This document shows positions 10,360-19,012 of a DNA stretch of 64,000 nt, piece after piece. A program made the translations under genes and the position numbers. The stretch is from Candidatus Levyibacteriota bacterium (GTDB lineage: Bacteria; Patescibacteriota; Microgenomatia; Levybacterales; UBA12049), in the NCBI GenBank assembly GCA_003173895.1, contig PJMG01000022.1, positions 3,454-67,453 on the forward strand. Direction: 5' to 3'. Positions within the stretch are counted from its first letter, which is position 1; the number at the start of each line of letters is the position of its first letter. A model generated the notes under the pieces. It was not told the DNA's origin, did no database searches, and was given only the letters and a program-made list of their open reading frames with translations.

Positions 10360-10961
10360 ATTAATATCTCTTCTAAGTGGCTTATATTCCCAACTTTTTC
10401 AAGTTTATACAAATTATTATTTTTATTTAAAACTGTAACTGAACATTCTAAGATTTCTACATAATTAACTCTATTAGAATAATTTTCGACAATTGGCAAT
10501 CTGGCTTCTGAGAAATTATTTAATAAAAAATCCCCAATTGCTCCTCCATGAGTAACCACCAAAATATTATTTTCTAATTCTGCTTCTTCAATTTCATCCA
10601 GCACTGCTTTTATCCGATTTCCAGTTTCAATAGATGAATCACCCGGTGTTGGCTTATAGTTTCGATCTTTGTCTGATTTTTCCCATTCTATTATAAAATC
10701 TTCAAACTTTTGGTCCGGTTTATCTCCCCAATTCATTCTTTCTTTTAATCTGCTATCCGTTTTAAAATCTAAATTGATTTTTTTACTAATTATTCCGGCA
10801 GTCATTTGCGTACGTTTCAATGGGCTGGCGAAAATCTGAGAAATATTTTTATTTTTTAGGAATTCTCCAGTCATTTCGGCTTGTTTTATTCCAATTTCTG
10901 ACAAAGATGGATCACCTATTAAATTTTCTTTTTGTCCATGTCTGACTAAATAAATTTTCAT
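10356..10961 (-). CDS. Histidine phosphatase family protein
   Basis: LVRHG, ASPLKRT, LVVTHGG. Confidence 0.92.
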   Translation of the reverse strand: MKIYLVRHGQKENLIGDPSLSEIGIKQAEMTGEFLKNKNISQIFASPLKRTQMTAGIISKKINLDFKTDSRLKERMNWGDKPDQKFEDFIIEWEKSDKDRNYKPTPGDSSIETGNRIKAVLDEIEEAELENNILVVTHGGAIGDFLLNNFSEARLPIVENYSNRVNYVEILECSVTVLNKNNNLYKLEKVGNISHLEEILI

Positions 10962-10968
10962 AAGATTA

Positions 10969-11721
10969 TTAAAGTATAAATTTCTCTATTACATCTGCTA
11001 CGCCGTCATTTTCTACACTTGGTGCTATGTAATCAGCTATGGCTTTTAAATCTTCCACTGCATTTCCCATAGCGACTTTTAAACCACACGCCATAAATAG
11101 GGGAAAATCATTATAATGATCTCCAATAGCTATAATTTCTTTATTAGATATATTAAGTAGTTCTGCAAATTTTAAAACTGCATGCTGTTTAGTCGCAGTT
11201 CCATTAGTAATATATACATCTACTAAACCTGCGCCTGTATATGTGCCGGCTTTACCAATTTTAAGCGTAGGGAATACTTTTTGAACTGAATCAATGAGTT
11301 TTTCTGCTTCATTATTTTTCAAACCAAAAATTACAAATTTAAATATTTTTAAATTTTTTTTAAAAGATTTTGGGCTATTTAAGATCTCTCTAGATAAATC
11401 AACATTAAATTTATTATATTTTTTAGCGATTTTAAGTATTTTTGAGGCCAAATCAAATGGAATTATAGATTCATAAATAATTTTTCTATTTTTAATGTCG
11501 TAAATTTCTCCACCGTTATTAATAATAATTGGAGAAACTAAAGGCACTTCCGGAATTAAATATGAGAGCATGGGATAAGGCCTACCAGATGCCACACTGA
11601 AAATTATTCCTTTATCTGTAGCCTTTTTAATGGCTTCTTTTACTTTTAGAGTAGGTTTAGCTTCAGGATGAGAAATAGTTAATGTTCCATCAATATCTGA
11701 AATAATAGCTTTATATTGCAT
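10969..11721 (-). CDS. Cof-type HAD-IIB hydrolase (likely start 11721, MQYKAII)
   Basis: SDIDGTL, ASGR, IGDHYND, AMGNA motifs. Confidence 0.92.
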   Translation of the reverse strand: MQYKAIISDIDGTLTISHPEAKPTLKVKEAIKKATDKGIIFSVASGRPYPMLSYLIPEVPLVSPIIINNGGEIYDIKNRKIIYESIIPFDLASKILKIAKKYNKFNVDLSREILNSPKSFKKNLKIFKFVIFGLKNNEAEKLIDSVQKVFPTLKIGKAGTYTGAGLVDVYITNGTATKQHAVLKFAELLNISNKEIIAIGDHYNDFPLFMACGLKVAMGNAVEDLKAIADYIAPSVENDGVADVIEKFIL

Positions 11722-11735
11722 GTAGAAATTATAAC

Positions 11736-11756
11736 AAAAACCGCCTTGCGGCGGAT
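11736..11756 (-). terminator. Intrinsic terminator after tuf
   Basis: CCGCC-gcaa-GGCGG-TTTTT on the minus strand. Confidence 0.75.
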
Positions 11757-11769
11757 AAGTTTTAATAAG

Positions 11770-11796
11770 ATCCTGAAATAAATTCAAGATAACAAT
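11770..11796. repeat. Half copy of the GATCCTGAAATAA.TTCAGGATGAC palindromic element
   Basis: gatcctgaaataaattcaagataacaa compared with 51022 gatcctgaaataacttcaggatgacaa. Confidence 0.65.
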
Positions 11797-11802
11797 TTAT
11801 AA

Positions 11803-12987
11803 TTATGCTAAGATTTTAGTGATAACACCAGCTCCTACTGTTTTTCCACCTTCGCGGATAGCAAATCTAAGACCTTCTTCTAGAGCAATTGGAACGATAA
11901 GTTCTACTGTCATTACTGTATTATCACCTGGCATAACCATTTCTACGCCTTCTTTTAACTTTACTGTGCCAGTAACATCAGTAGTTCTGATATAGAATTG
12001 TGGTCTGTAATTATTAAAGAATGGAGTATGACGTCCACCTTCTTCTTTAGAAAGAACATAAACTTCAGCTTCAAATTTAGTATGAGGAGTAACACTACCT
12101 GGTTTAGCTATAACTTGACCTCTTTCTACCTGATCTTTTTCAACTCCTCTGATTAATAAACCAACATTATCTCCTGCTTGTCCTTCATCAAGAGATTTCT
12201 TAAACATTTCAACTCCAGTAACTACAGTTGGTTGAGTTGGTTTGATTCCAATGATTTCAACAGCATCATTAACTTTTACTATTCCTCTTTCGATTCTTCC
12301 TGTTACTACTGTTCCACGACCTTTAATAGAGAAAACATCTTCTACAGGCATTAAGAATGGTTTGTCCAAAGGTCTAACTGGAGTTGGAATATAACTATCA
12401 ACGGCATCCATAAGTTCCATAATCTTCTTTTCATATTCTGGATCACCCTCTAATGCTTTAAGAGAAGAACCACGAATAATTGGTACATCATTTCCTGGAT
12501 ATTGATACTTAGTTAAAAGTTCACGAACTTCCATTTCTACTAAATCTAGAAGTTCTGGATCTTGAACCATATCACATTTATTTAAGTAAACTACAATAGC
12601 TGGAACTCCTACTTGGCGAGCTAAGAGAATATGTTCGCGAGTTTGAGGCATTGGACCATCTGGCGCTGAAACTACTAAAATAGCTCCATCCATTTGAGCA
12701 GCCCCTGTAATCATGTTCTTAATGTAATCAGCATGTCCTGGAGCATCAATATGAGCATAGTGTCTTTTAGCTGTTTCATATTCTATGTGAGAAATATTAA
12801 TAGTAACTCCTCTAGCTTTTTCCTCTGGGGCATTATCAATATCTTCATATTTTTTAGCTGCTGCTAAACCTTGCTTTGCTAAAACTGTAGCAATAGCTGC
12901 TGTAGTAGTAGTTTTACCATGGTCTACATGACCGATAGTTCCAATATTTACATGAGGTTTTGATCTTACGTATTTTGTATCTGCCAT
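11803..12987 (-). CDS. tuf: Elongation factor Tu
   Basis: [28 protein letters not shown]. Confidence 0.99.
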   Translation of the reverse strand: MADTKYVRSKPHVNIGTIGHVDHGKTTTTAAIATVLAKQGLAAAKKYEDIDNAPEEKARGVTINISHIEYETAKRHYAHIDAPGHADYIKNMITGAAQMDGAILVVSAPDGPMPQTREHILLARQVGVPAIVVYLNKCDMVQDPELLDLVEMEVRELLTKYQYPGNDVPIIRGSSLKALEGDPEYEKKIMELMDAVDSYIPTPVRPLDKPFLMPVEDVFSIKGRGTVVTGRIERGIVKVNDAVEIIGIKPTQPTVVTGVEMFKKSLDEGQAGDNVGLLIRGVEKDQVERGQVIAKPGSVTPHTKFEAEVYVLSKEEGGRHTPFFNNYRPQFYIRTTDVTGTVKLKEGVEMVMPGDNTVMTVELIVPIALEEGLRFAIREGGKTVGAGVITKILA

Positions 12988-13003
12988 ATTTTTAAAAAAT
13001 AAT

Positions 13004-13059
13004 GTCTCAAAAACTTTTGAGACTAAGAGAATAATACTATATTCTTACTTCTTCGTCAA
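13004..13059 (-). promoter_or_regulatory. tuf sigma70 promoter plus leader hairpin
   Basis: TTGACG(13059-54)-17 nt-TATTAT(13036-31), followed by the hairpin GTCTCAAAA/TTTTGAGAC at 13004-13023. Confidence 0.65.
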
Positions 13060-13115
13060 TACTTTTTTTATACTTTCTTTATTTTTCTATATTTTGATAT
13101 ACTTTGTATTAAATC

Positions 13116-14105
13116 ATGATAGAACTTTTAAAAACAACTGGTTGGGAAGATTATGAACTTTTAGACAGTGGCGATGGATATCGTTTGGAACGATTTGGCA
13201 AATATGTTTTACAAAGACCAGATCCACAGATTATTTGGAAAAAGAAATTGCCAAACCTTTGGGATAAAGCTGACGCAATTTTTAAAAGAGACACTTCAGA
13301 TAAAGGGCATTGGGTTAAAAAAAATTCACAAATGCCAAACAATTGGCAAATAAACTATAAAAATCTAAAATTTATTTTAAAATTAACGAATTTTAAACAC
13401 ACCGGCGTCTTCCCAGAACAGCATTTAATGTGGGATTTTATTTCAGATGCAATTAGTACAAGAATATCAGAAGGGGTGACAAACAAGGGAGGGCTCCCGA
13501 TGGCGCGCAGTGGTTTAATTGCGAAGCAATTACCTAACGAGCACCAACGGGAAGGAAATGTTTGGCAGGACCCCGACGGAAACCAAATAAATATTCTTAA
13601 TCTTTTCGCTTATACAGGAATCTCTACTATTGTTGCAGCAAGTGCTGGCGCAAAAGTTACACACATAGATGCTAGTAAACCTACTATTACGTGGGCTCAC
13701 GAAAATCAAAAAGCTTCAAATTTAGATGACAAACTAATTCGTTGGATTTTAGATGACGCTACTAAATTCGTTCAGAGAGAAATTAAACGAGGTATTAAAT
13801 ATGATGGAATTATTATGGATCCACCAGTTTTCGGTCATGGACCAGATGGAAGCATGTGGAAATTTAATGAAAGTTTTCCAAAACTTTTAACTTTAGTTAA
13901 ACAAGTTTTATCAGATAAACCTTTATTTATAATTATTAATGCTTATGCCATTTCTTCTTCAGCTCTTATGCTCAAAAATGTAATGGAAGATTATTTTTCA
14001 GATTTAGATGGTAAATTTGAAGTAGGAGAATTAGTTTTATTAGAAAGCAAAAACAAACGTCCACTTTCAACTGGTATTTTCGGCAGGTGGAGTTTTTCTA
14101 ATTAA
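13116..14105 (+). CDS. RlmI/RlmK-like class I SAM-dependent methyltransferase carrying a ~40-aa insertion
   Basis: YELLDSG..RLERFG, HTGVFPEQ, LNLFAYTG, IIMDPP. Confidence 0.9.
   Translation: MIELLKTTGWEDYELLDSGDGYRLERFGKYVLQRPDPQIIWKKKLPNLWDKADAIFKRDTSDKGHWVKKNSQMPNNWQINYKNLKFILKLTNFKHTGVFPEQHLMWDFISDAISTRISEGVTNKGGLPMARSGLIAKQLPNEHQREGNVWQDPDGNQINILNLFAYTGISTIVAASAGAKVTHIDASKPTITWAHENQKASNLDDKLIRWILDDATKFVQREIKRGIKYDGIIMDPPVFGHGPDGSMWKFNESFPKLLTLVKQVLSDKPLFIIINAYAISSSALMLKNVMEDYFSDLDGKFEVGELVLLESKNKRPLSTGIFGRWSFSN
13473..13574. repeat. GC-rich imperfect palindrome inserted in frame in the methyltransferase
   Basis: Nested arms GGGGT/ACCCC, CAAACA/TGTTTG, TCCCG/CGGGA; GC content well above the flanks. 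Confidence 0.65.
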
Positions 14106-14759
14106 AAAATATTCTTCCTTAGGTAATTTATTAAGCCATCTTAAATTTTTTTCTACGTCAATCAATTGAGATTTATGACAATTAATGGCTTTAATTTTTT
14201 TATCCCAAACATCTTTAATATCTATAATATTGTCTATTTCTGATTTTTTATATCCATTAGGAAAATAAATAAAATAATCTTTTAACTCATCTTTTAAAGT
14301 ATTATTAAAAATTTCACTATGACAAAAATACCAAATTTCTGAAGCTAATTTTTTACTTTCAACAATGTAGGTGGTTATCATCGACACTGCTATATGATCT
14401 AAATGTCCGGATAAGCCATGCATTTCAAAGGTAATTATAATTTCTGCTTTTAATTTTTTTAAAACATTTTCAATTTTCGCTGCAATTTCATGATAAAGAT
14501 TATTATTTAATTCACCATCTTTAAAATCTAAGAAAAATACTTTTTTTATTCCTAGTATCTTAGCCGATTTTTCTAATTCTTTCTGGCGAATTTGGCCTAA
14601 GTTTCCATTTTTAATTAGACAATCACCGATAGTAGCATCTCCATTAGTTACACAAATAATATAAACATCATGAGTTTGGGATAATAAAGCAAGGGTTCCA
14701 CCTGGTCCCATGGCTTCATCATCTGGATGGGCGAAAATTCCAACTATTACTTTTTTCAT
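14067..14759 (-). CDS. PIG-L/LmbE family deacetylase (MshB/BshB-like)
   Basis: AHPDDE, VTNGD, GHLDH, CHKSQ motifs. Confidence 0.92.
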   Translation of the reverse strand: MKKVIVGIFAHPDDEAMGPGGTLALLSQTHDVYIICVTNGDATIGDCLIKNGNLGQIRQKELEKSAKILGIKKVFFLDFKDGELNNNLYHEIAAKIENVLKKLKAEIIITFEMHGLSGHLDHIAVSMITTYIVESKKLASEIWYFCHSEIFNNTLKDELKDYFIYFPNGYKKSEIDNIIDIKDVWDKKIKAINCHKSQLIDVEKNLRWLNKLPKEEYFLIRKTPPAENTS

Positions 14760-14762
14760 ACT

Positions 14763-14824
14763 AAAAACCTCCCATATGGGAGGTCAAAATAAATATAAAA
14801 TAAACCTCCCGTTTAAGAAAGGTT
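14763..14824 (-). promoter_or_regulatory. Four-segment attenuator (anti-antiterminator / antiterminator / terminator)
   Basis: seg1 AACCTTTC 14824-17, seg2 GGGAGGTT 14810-03, seg3 ACCTCCCA 14784-77, seg4 TGGGAGGT 14774-67, then a U-run. Confidence 0.75.
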
Positions 14825-14854
14825 CCCACAACAAAGATTTAATAATTTTTTCAT
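14813..14854 (-). CDS. Putative leaderless leader peptide MKKLLNLCCGNLS
   Basis: TATAAT 6 nt before the ATG; tandem TGT TGT; stop codon just before attenuator segment 2. Confidence 0.65.
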   Translation of the reverse strand: MKKLLNLCCGNLS

Positions 14855-14905
14855 AAATTGATTATATTATATTTAAATTAAGAATTCTATAAAAAAATTT
14901 GTGCT

Positions 14906-15595
14906 TTATTTAATTAAATCTCTAACTTTTTCTACTATTCTTCTATTTACTGATAAATATGCTTCTTGATCTTCAAAAGGAATATCTAAGTTTACGGTAT
15001 GAATACTACTCGTATAACCTCTATCTATTCGTCTACCAAAAGGATAACATAATGAGTAATTAGGATCTATAATTTTAGTTACTTCTTTTTTTGCTTTTCG
15101 AGTCATAGTATCACCTGAAATAACTAAACTATTAATATTATCAAATCCTGCTATAGAAAGAGTGCTATTAATTTTATCCAAACTCTTACCTGTATGAGAA
15201 CAAGTATCTATAATTAGTGTTTTACCTTCTCTATCTGCACCTTTATAAGACTTCATTGCTTCTGAACTTGAATGCGCATAATCTTCAATCCCATTAGGAT
15301 CTATAAACATCATATGAGGAATATTAATTTCTTTAGACTTCTTACCGTCTTTAAGTTGCATATAGTAAAGTGCATGAGAAACTGGAGATGCAATGCCACG
15401 AGCAGAGATATCTACAAATATAATATTATCGTATTTATGTTTTAAAATATATTTTGCAATTTCTAGTGTATAGGAAGCAGCTTTCTCTATTTCCTCTTCA
15501 TCAAAACCTATATTAATAAAATTTTTGCTACTTTCAAACTTTTTACTAAATCTTCCTAATAATTCGCTAAAAAAGTCATCATTTTCTATTGGCAT
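14906..15595 (-). CDS. Hypothetical protein with a PRTase-like motif (likely start 15595, MPIEND)
   Basis: LIIDTCSHTGKSL resembles the PRPP-binding loop; TAAAAT 7 nt before the ATG. Confidence 0.65.
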   Translation of the reverse strand: MPIENDDFFSELLGRFSKKFESSKNFINIGFDEEEIEKAASYTLEIAKYILKHKYDNIIFVDISARGIASPVSHALYYMQLKDGKKSKEINIPHMMFIDPNGIEDYAHSSSEAMKSYKGADREGKTLIIDTCSHTGKSLDKINSTLSIAGFDNINSLVISGDTMTRKAKKEVTKIIDPNYSLCYPFGRRIDRGYTSSIHTVNLDIPFEDQEAYLSVNRRIVEKVRDLIK

Positions 15596-15667
15596 AGAGC
15601 GGATTTTACCATAGTTAGTAGAGAGTTTCAATTGAGTTGTTTTAAATTAAACAGATTGGGACATTAT

Positions 15668-17815
15668 TTATTCTACTCTTCCTGTCCAAGTAGACTTAGC
15701 GAGCATTTGAGCAACGATATTCTGAGGTACTTCATCATAATGAGAAGGTTCCATATAATATGATGCGCGACCTTTAGACATAGAGCGAAGCGCTGTAGCA
15801 TATCCCGATAATTCAGAAAGAGGAACCATACCCATGATAATGGTTGCACGAGAACGCTCTTCTGTTCCCATGATTTGTGCACGTTTAGAAGATAGATCGC
15901 CAATCACATCACCCATATATTCAGAAGGTGTAGTGACTTCCACCTTCATGATAGGTTCCAATAAAGTTAACTCTGCTTTTTTAGCAGCTGATTGGAAAGC
16001 CATAGAAGCTGCGATTTTAAATGCCACATCAGATGAATCAACATCATGGTAAGATCCATCATAAAGTGTAACTTTAAGATCTACTACTGGATAACCTAAT
16101 AATGCTCCATTATCCATGGATTCTTTTACACCTTTTTCTACAGAAGTGATAAATTCAGCAGGAATAGCTCCTCCTTTAATAGCATTAACGAATTCGTATC
16201 CTTCACCTCTTAGTTTTGGTTCAAGACGTAAGAAACAATGTCCATATTGTCCTCGACCTCCAGATTGGCGAATGTATTTACCTTCTGCTTCTGCTTGATG
16301 TTTAATAGTTTCTTTGTAGGCTACCTGAGGAGCACCTACATTAGCTAAAACGCCAAATTCTCTTTTCATACGATCCACCATGATTTCCAGTTGTAGTTCT
16401 CCAATTCCTGAAATAATGGTTTGATTAGTTTCGTGGTTAGTTTTAACTTGGAATGTTGGATCTTCTTCCATGAGACGCTTTAATGCAAGTCCCATTTTTT
16501 CCTGATCTATTTTAGTTTTGGGTTCTATAGCTAGAGATATAACTGGTTCTGGAAAAGTGATCTTTTCTAGTACAATAGGATCTTTTTCATCACATAATGT
16601 ATCACCTGTTATAGTATCTTTAAGACCAACTAAAGCTACTATTTCTCCTGCAAATGCCTCTTTAATTTCTTCTCGCTCATTAGCATGCATGAGTAAGATA
16701 CGACCGACTCTTTCTGTTATTCCTTTAGTACTATTAAAGATATAGGAACCAGCGACTACTTTTCCTGAATAAACTCTAAAGTAAGTAAGTTTTCCTACAT
16801 GAGGATCAATTTGAATTTTAAAAGCTAGTCCACAAACTTTTTCATCAGGAATTAATTTTCTTTCTACTTTTTCACCCGTTTTAGGATTATCACCTTTAAC
16901 TATACCCAAATCTTGAGGAGATGGAAGATAATCTATAACAGCATCGAGAAGTGGTTGAACCCCTTTATTTCTTAGTGATGTTCCAGCATAAATAGGAACT
17001 AATTTATAACCGATAACTGCTGCACGTAAAGCTTTTTTAAGAGATTCTACGTCAATTTCTTCTCCAGCTAAATATTTTTCTAAAAGTGCATCATCTGTTT
17101 CAGCTATTTTTTCTACTAATTTCTGACGATATTCTTCTACTTGAGCTTTCATATCCTCTGGAATATTGTCAGAGACTTCATATTTAGCTCCTAATTCATC
17201 AGATCCCCAACGAATAGCTTTTCTAGATAATAAATCAACATTACCCACGTAAGTTGATTCTGCACCAATTGGAAGAACCATAATAGCTGGGTTAGCACCT
17301 AATCTATCTTCTATAGATTTAACTGTAGCTAAAAAGTCAGCACCTAATTTATCCATTTTATTTACAAAACAAAGTCTAGGTACTTTATATTTATCAGCTT
17401 GACGCCAAACAGTTTCTGACTGAGATTGTACTCCTTCTTCAGCATCCAGAACTGTAATACCACCATCGAGAACGCGAAGTGATCGCTCAACTTCAGCTGT
17501 GAAATCCACATGTCCTGGAGTATCAATAATATTGATTCTGTAAGGATTTTTATTTCCCTTTTCTACATCTTGAGTATGTGTCCAGAAAGCTGTAGTAGCA
17601 GCAGATACTATAGTAATACCACGCTCTCTTTCCTGTTCCATCCAGTCCATTTGAGTATTTCCTTCATCGATATCACCTATTTTATGAGATTTTCCAGTAT
17701 AAAAAAGAATTCTTTCAGTAGTAGTAGTTTTACCTGCGTCAATATGAGCGATAATTCCGATATTCCGAATTTTATCTAATTCTGCATGTCTATTGGATGT
17801 TGATTGATCTGCCAT
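15668..17815 (-). CDS. fusA: Elongation factor G (likely start 17815, MADQ)
   Basis: [32 protein letters not shown]. Confidence 0.98.
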   Translation of the reverse strand: MADQSTSNRHAELDKIRNIGIIAHIDAGKTTTTERILFYTGKSHKIGDIDEGNTQMDWMEQERERGITIVSAATTAFWTHTQDVEKGNKNPYRINIIDTPGHVDFTAEVERSLRVLDGGITVLDAEEGVQSQSETVWRQADKYKVPRLCFVNKMDKLGADFLATVKSIEDRLGANPAIMVLPIGAESTYVGNVDLLSRKAIRWGSDELGAKYEVSDNIPEDMKAQVEEYRQKLVEKIAETDDALLEKYLAGEEIDVESLKKALRAAVIGYKLVPIYAGTSLRNKGVQPLLDAVIDYLPSPQDLGIVKGDNPKTGEKVERKLIPDEKVCGLAFKIQIDPHVGKLTYFRVYSGKVVAGSYIFNSTKGITERVGRILLMHANEREEIKEAFAGEIVALVGLKDTITGDTLCDEKDPIVLEKITFPEPVISLAIEPKTKIDQEKMGLALKRLMEEDPTFQVKTNHETNQTIISGIGELQLEIMVDRMKREFGVLANVGAPQVAYKETIKHQAEAEGKYIRQSGGRGQYGHCFLRLEPKLRGEGYEFVNAIKGGAIPAEFITSVEKGVKESMDNGALLGYPVVDLKVTLYDGSYHDVDSSDVAFKIAASMAFQSAAKKAELTLLEPIMKVEVTTPSEYMGDVIGDLSSKRAQIMGTEERSRATIIMGMVPLSELSGYATALRSMSKGRASYYMEPSHYDEVPQNIVAQMLAKSTWTGRVE

Positions 17816-17949
17816 AATAATAAAAAATTCTAAATATAATATTCCAAACAAATTGTTTAGGATTTATATATTAGGATCAATTAAGTATACCATATTTTTC
17901 TCACTTCTTCTATAATGAATAGTAAATTTATAAAAAGTTTAGTAAACGA

Positions 17950-18107
17950 ATTGAAATATACTTTTTAAACAGCATTGAAAGTTTGCTGTTTAGTGTTTTA
18001 AAATTTAAATCAAGTTTATTAGCAAACTTTCACGAGTGAGAAAAGAAATAAAGCTCTAAATTACAAACCAAGGTTAGCGAACGCCTGTTTAAAAAGTATG
18101 TTTCAAT
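17950..18107. other. 158-bp element with 23-bp terminal inverted repeats and an inner 12-bp stem (MITE-like or structured RNA)
   Basis: 17950-72 pairs with 18085-107 (1 mismatch); 17976-87 pairs perfectly with 18021-32. Confidence 0.7.
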
Positions 18108-18136
18108 GAGTTTTTTAGAAAACAAATAAAACAACT

Positions 18137-18796
18137 ATGAATAAATTTTTAGCGATTTTAATTATAGTAATAGTTATAATTTTAGGCGGATTTTTTATCT
18201 ATAACAGCCAAAAACAACCACTCTCTAAATATACTTCACCCATAATTAAAATCACCCAAGTCCCTACCTCCACTCAATCTCTAACTCAAACACCACAACC
18301 TAATATCAACACTTCTTGGGTGAGTACTTTATCTGCTGTAGCAATCTCGGCGAATCAAGCCACTATTCATACAGTTAAAGGTAACATTGTTATCCAACTT
18401 TATTCAACTGATGCGCCTAAAACTGTCATGAACTTCGCCACATTGGCTAAATATGGATACTATAATAATTTAACTTTTCATCGAGTTGTTCCTGGTTTTG
18501 TCATTCAAGGAGGAGATCCTAATGGCGATGGAACCGGTGGAGTTAGTATTTATGGATCTACATTTGATGATGAATTATATGCTACTGCTTCCAGTTATCA
18601 AGCTGGTTATTTAGAAGGAGTAGTTGCTATGGCTAATCGTGGACCTAATACCAATGGCTCTCAATTTTTTATTATGTTAGCTGATAATCCAACTTTACCT
18701 AAAAATTATACTATCTTTGGCAAAGTTACCAACGGCATGGATGTAGTTCAAAAGATTCAAATTGGGGATAAAATGACCTCAATAGATGTTAAGTGA
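18137..18796 (+). CDS. Membrane-anchored cyclophilin-type peptidyl-prolyl isomerase
   Basis: N-terminal TM; FHRVVPGFVIQGGDP, AMANRGPNTNGSQFF. Confidence 0.95.
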   Translation: MNKFLAILIIVIVIILGGFFIYNSQKQPLSKYTSPIIKITQVPTSTQSLTQTPQPNINTSWVSTLSAVAISANQATIHTVKGNIVIQLYSTDAPKTVMNFATLAKYGYYNNLTFHRVVPGFVIQGGDPNGDGTGGVSIYGSTFDDELYATASSYQAGYLEGVVAMANRGPNTNGSQFFIMLADNPTLPKNYTIFGKVTNGMDVVQKIQIGDKMTSIDVK

Positions 18797-18855
18797 AATT
18801 TATATAAATAATAATTATAGGTTGATATTTTAACAGAAATTGATATAATTATGTC

Positions 18856-18904
18856 GTTCAAACAAAAGTCTTCAATTAAAGACCACCAATTGGTGGTCTT
18901 TTTT
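18856..18904 (+). ncRNA. Predicted ~50-nt small RNA whose 5' 20 nt are complementary to the neighbouring tRNA's variable arm
   Basis: TTGATA-16 nt-TATAAT promoter with extended TG (18822-49); 20-nt identity to 18947-66; terminator at 18878-904. Confidence 0.5.
18878..18904. terminator. Bidirectional intrinsic terminator
   Basis: AAAGACCACC-aatt-GGTGGTCTTTTTT. Confidence 0.85.
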
Positions 18905-18905
18905 G

Positions 18906-19012
18906 TAGCTAGGGTAGGAGTCGAACCTACGTTGTTGAAAAACTTTGTTCAAACAAAAGTCTTCAAACCGGATAATGAGGCCGGCGCCCTCGACCGCTAT
19001 GCTTACCTAGCC
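18906..19012 (-). tRNA. Atypical tRNA with CAU anticodon (Met or Ile2) and a 37-nt variable region; may be a pseudo-tRNA
   Basis: Acceptor GGCTAGG/CCTAGCT; T-arm GTAGG-TTCGACT-CCTAC; anticodon loop CTCATTA; imperfect D and anticodon stems. Confidence 0.75.

Noticed and set aside
11722-11787. N-terminal extension of the HAD hydrolase
   Set aside because: It spans the tuf terminator and a repeat half copy; TATAAT plus 6 nt supports the ATG at 11721
17816-17851. Hydrophobic N-terminal extension on EF-G (TTG start)
   Set aside because: It derives from an AT-rich inverted-repeat leader; the ATG at 17815 gives a normal N-terminus
18906-19012. tRNA-Sec reading (long variable arm, TCA within the loop)
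   Set aside because: The acceptor stem is 7 bp, there is no extended D-stem, U33 register gives CAU rather than UCA, and no sel genes are in the window
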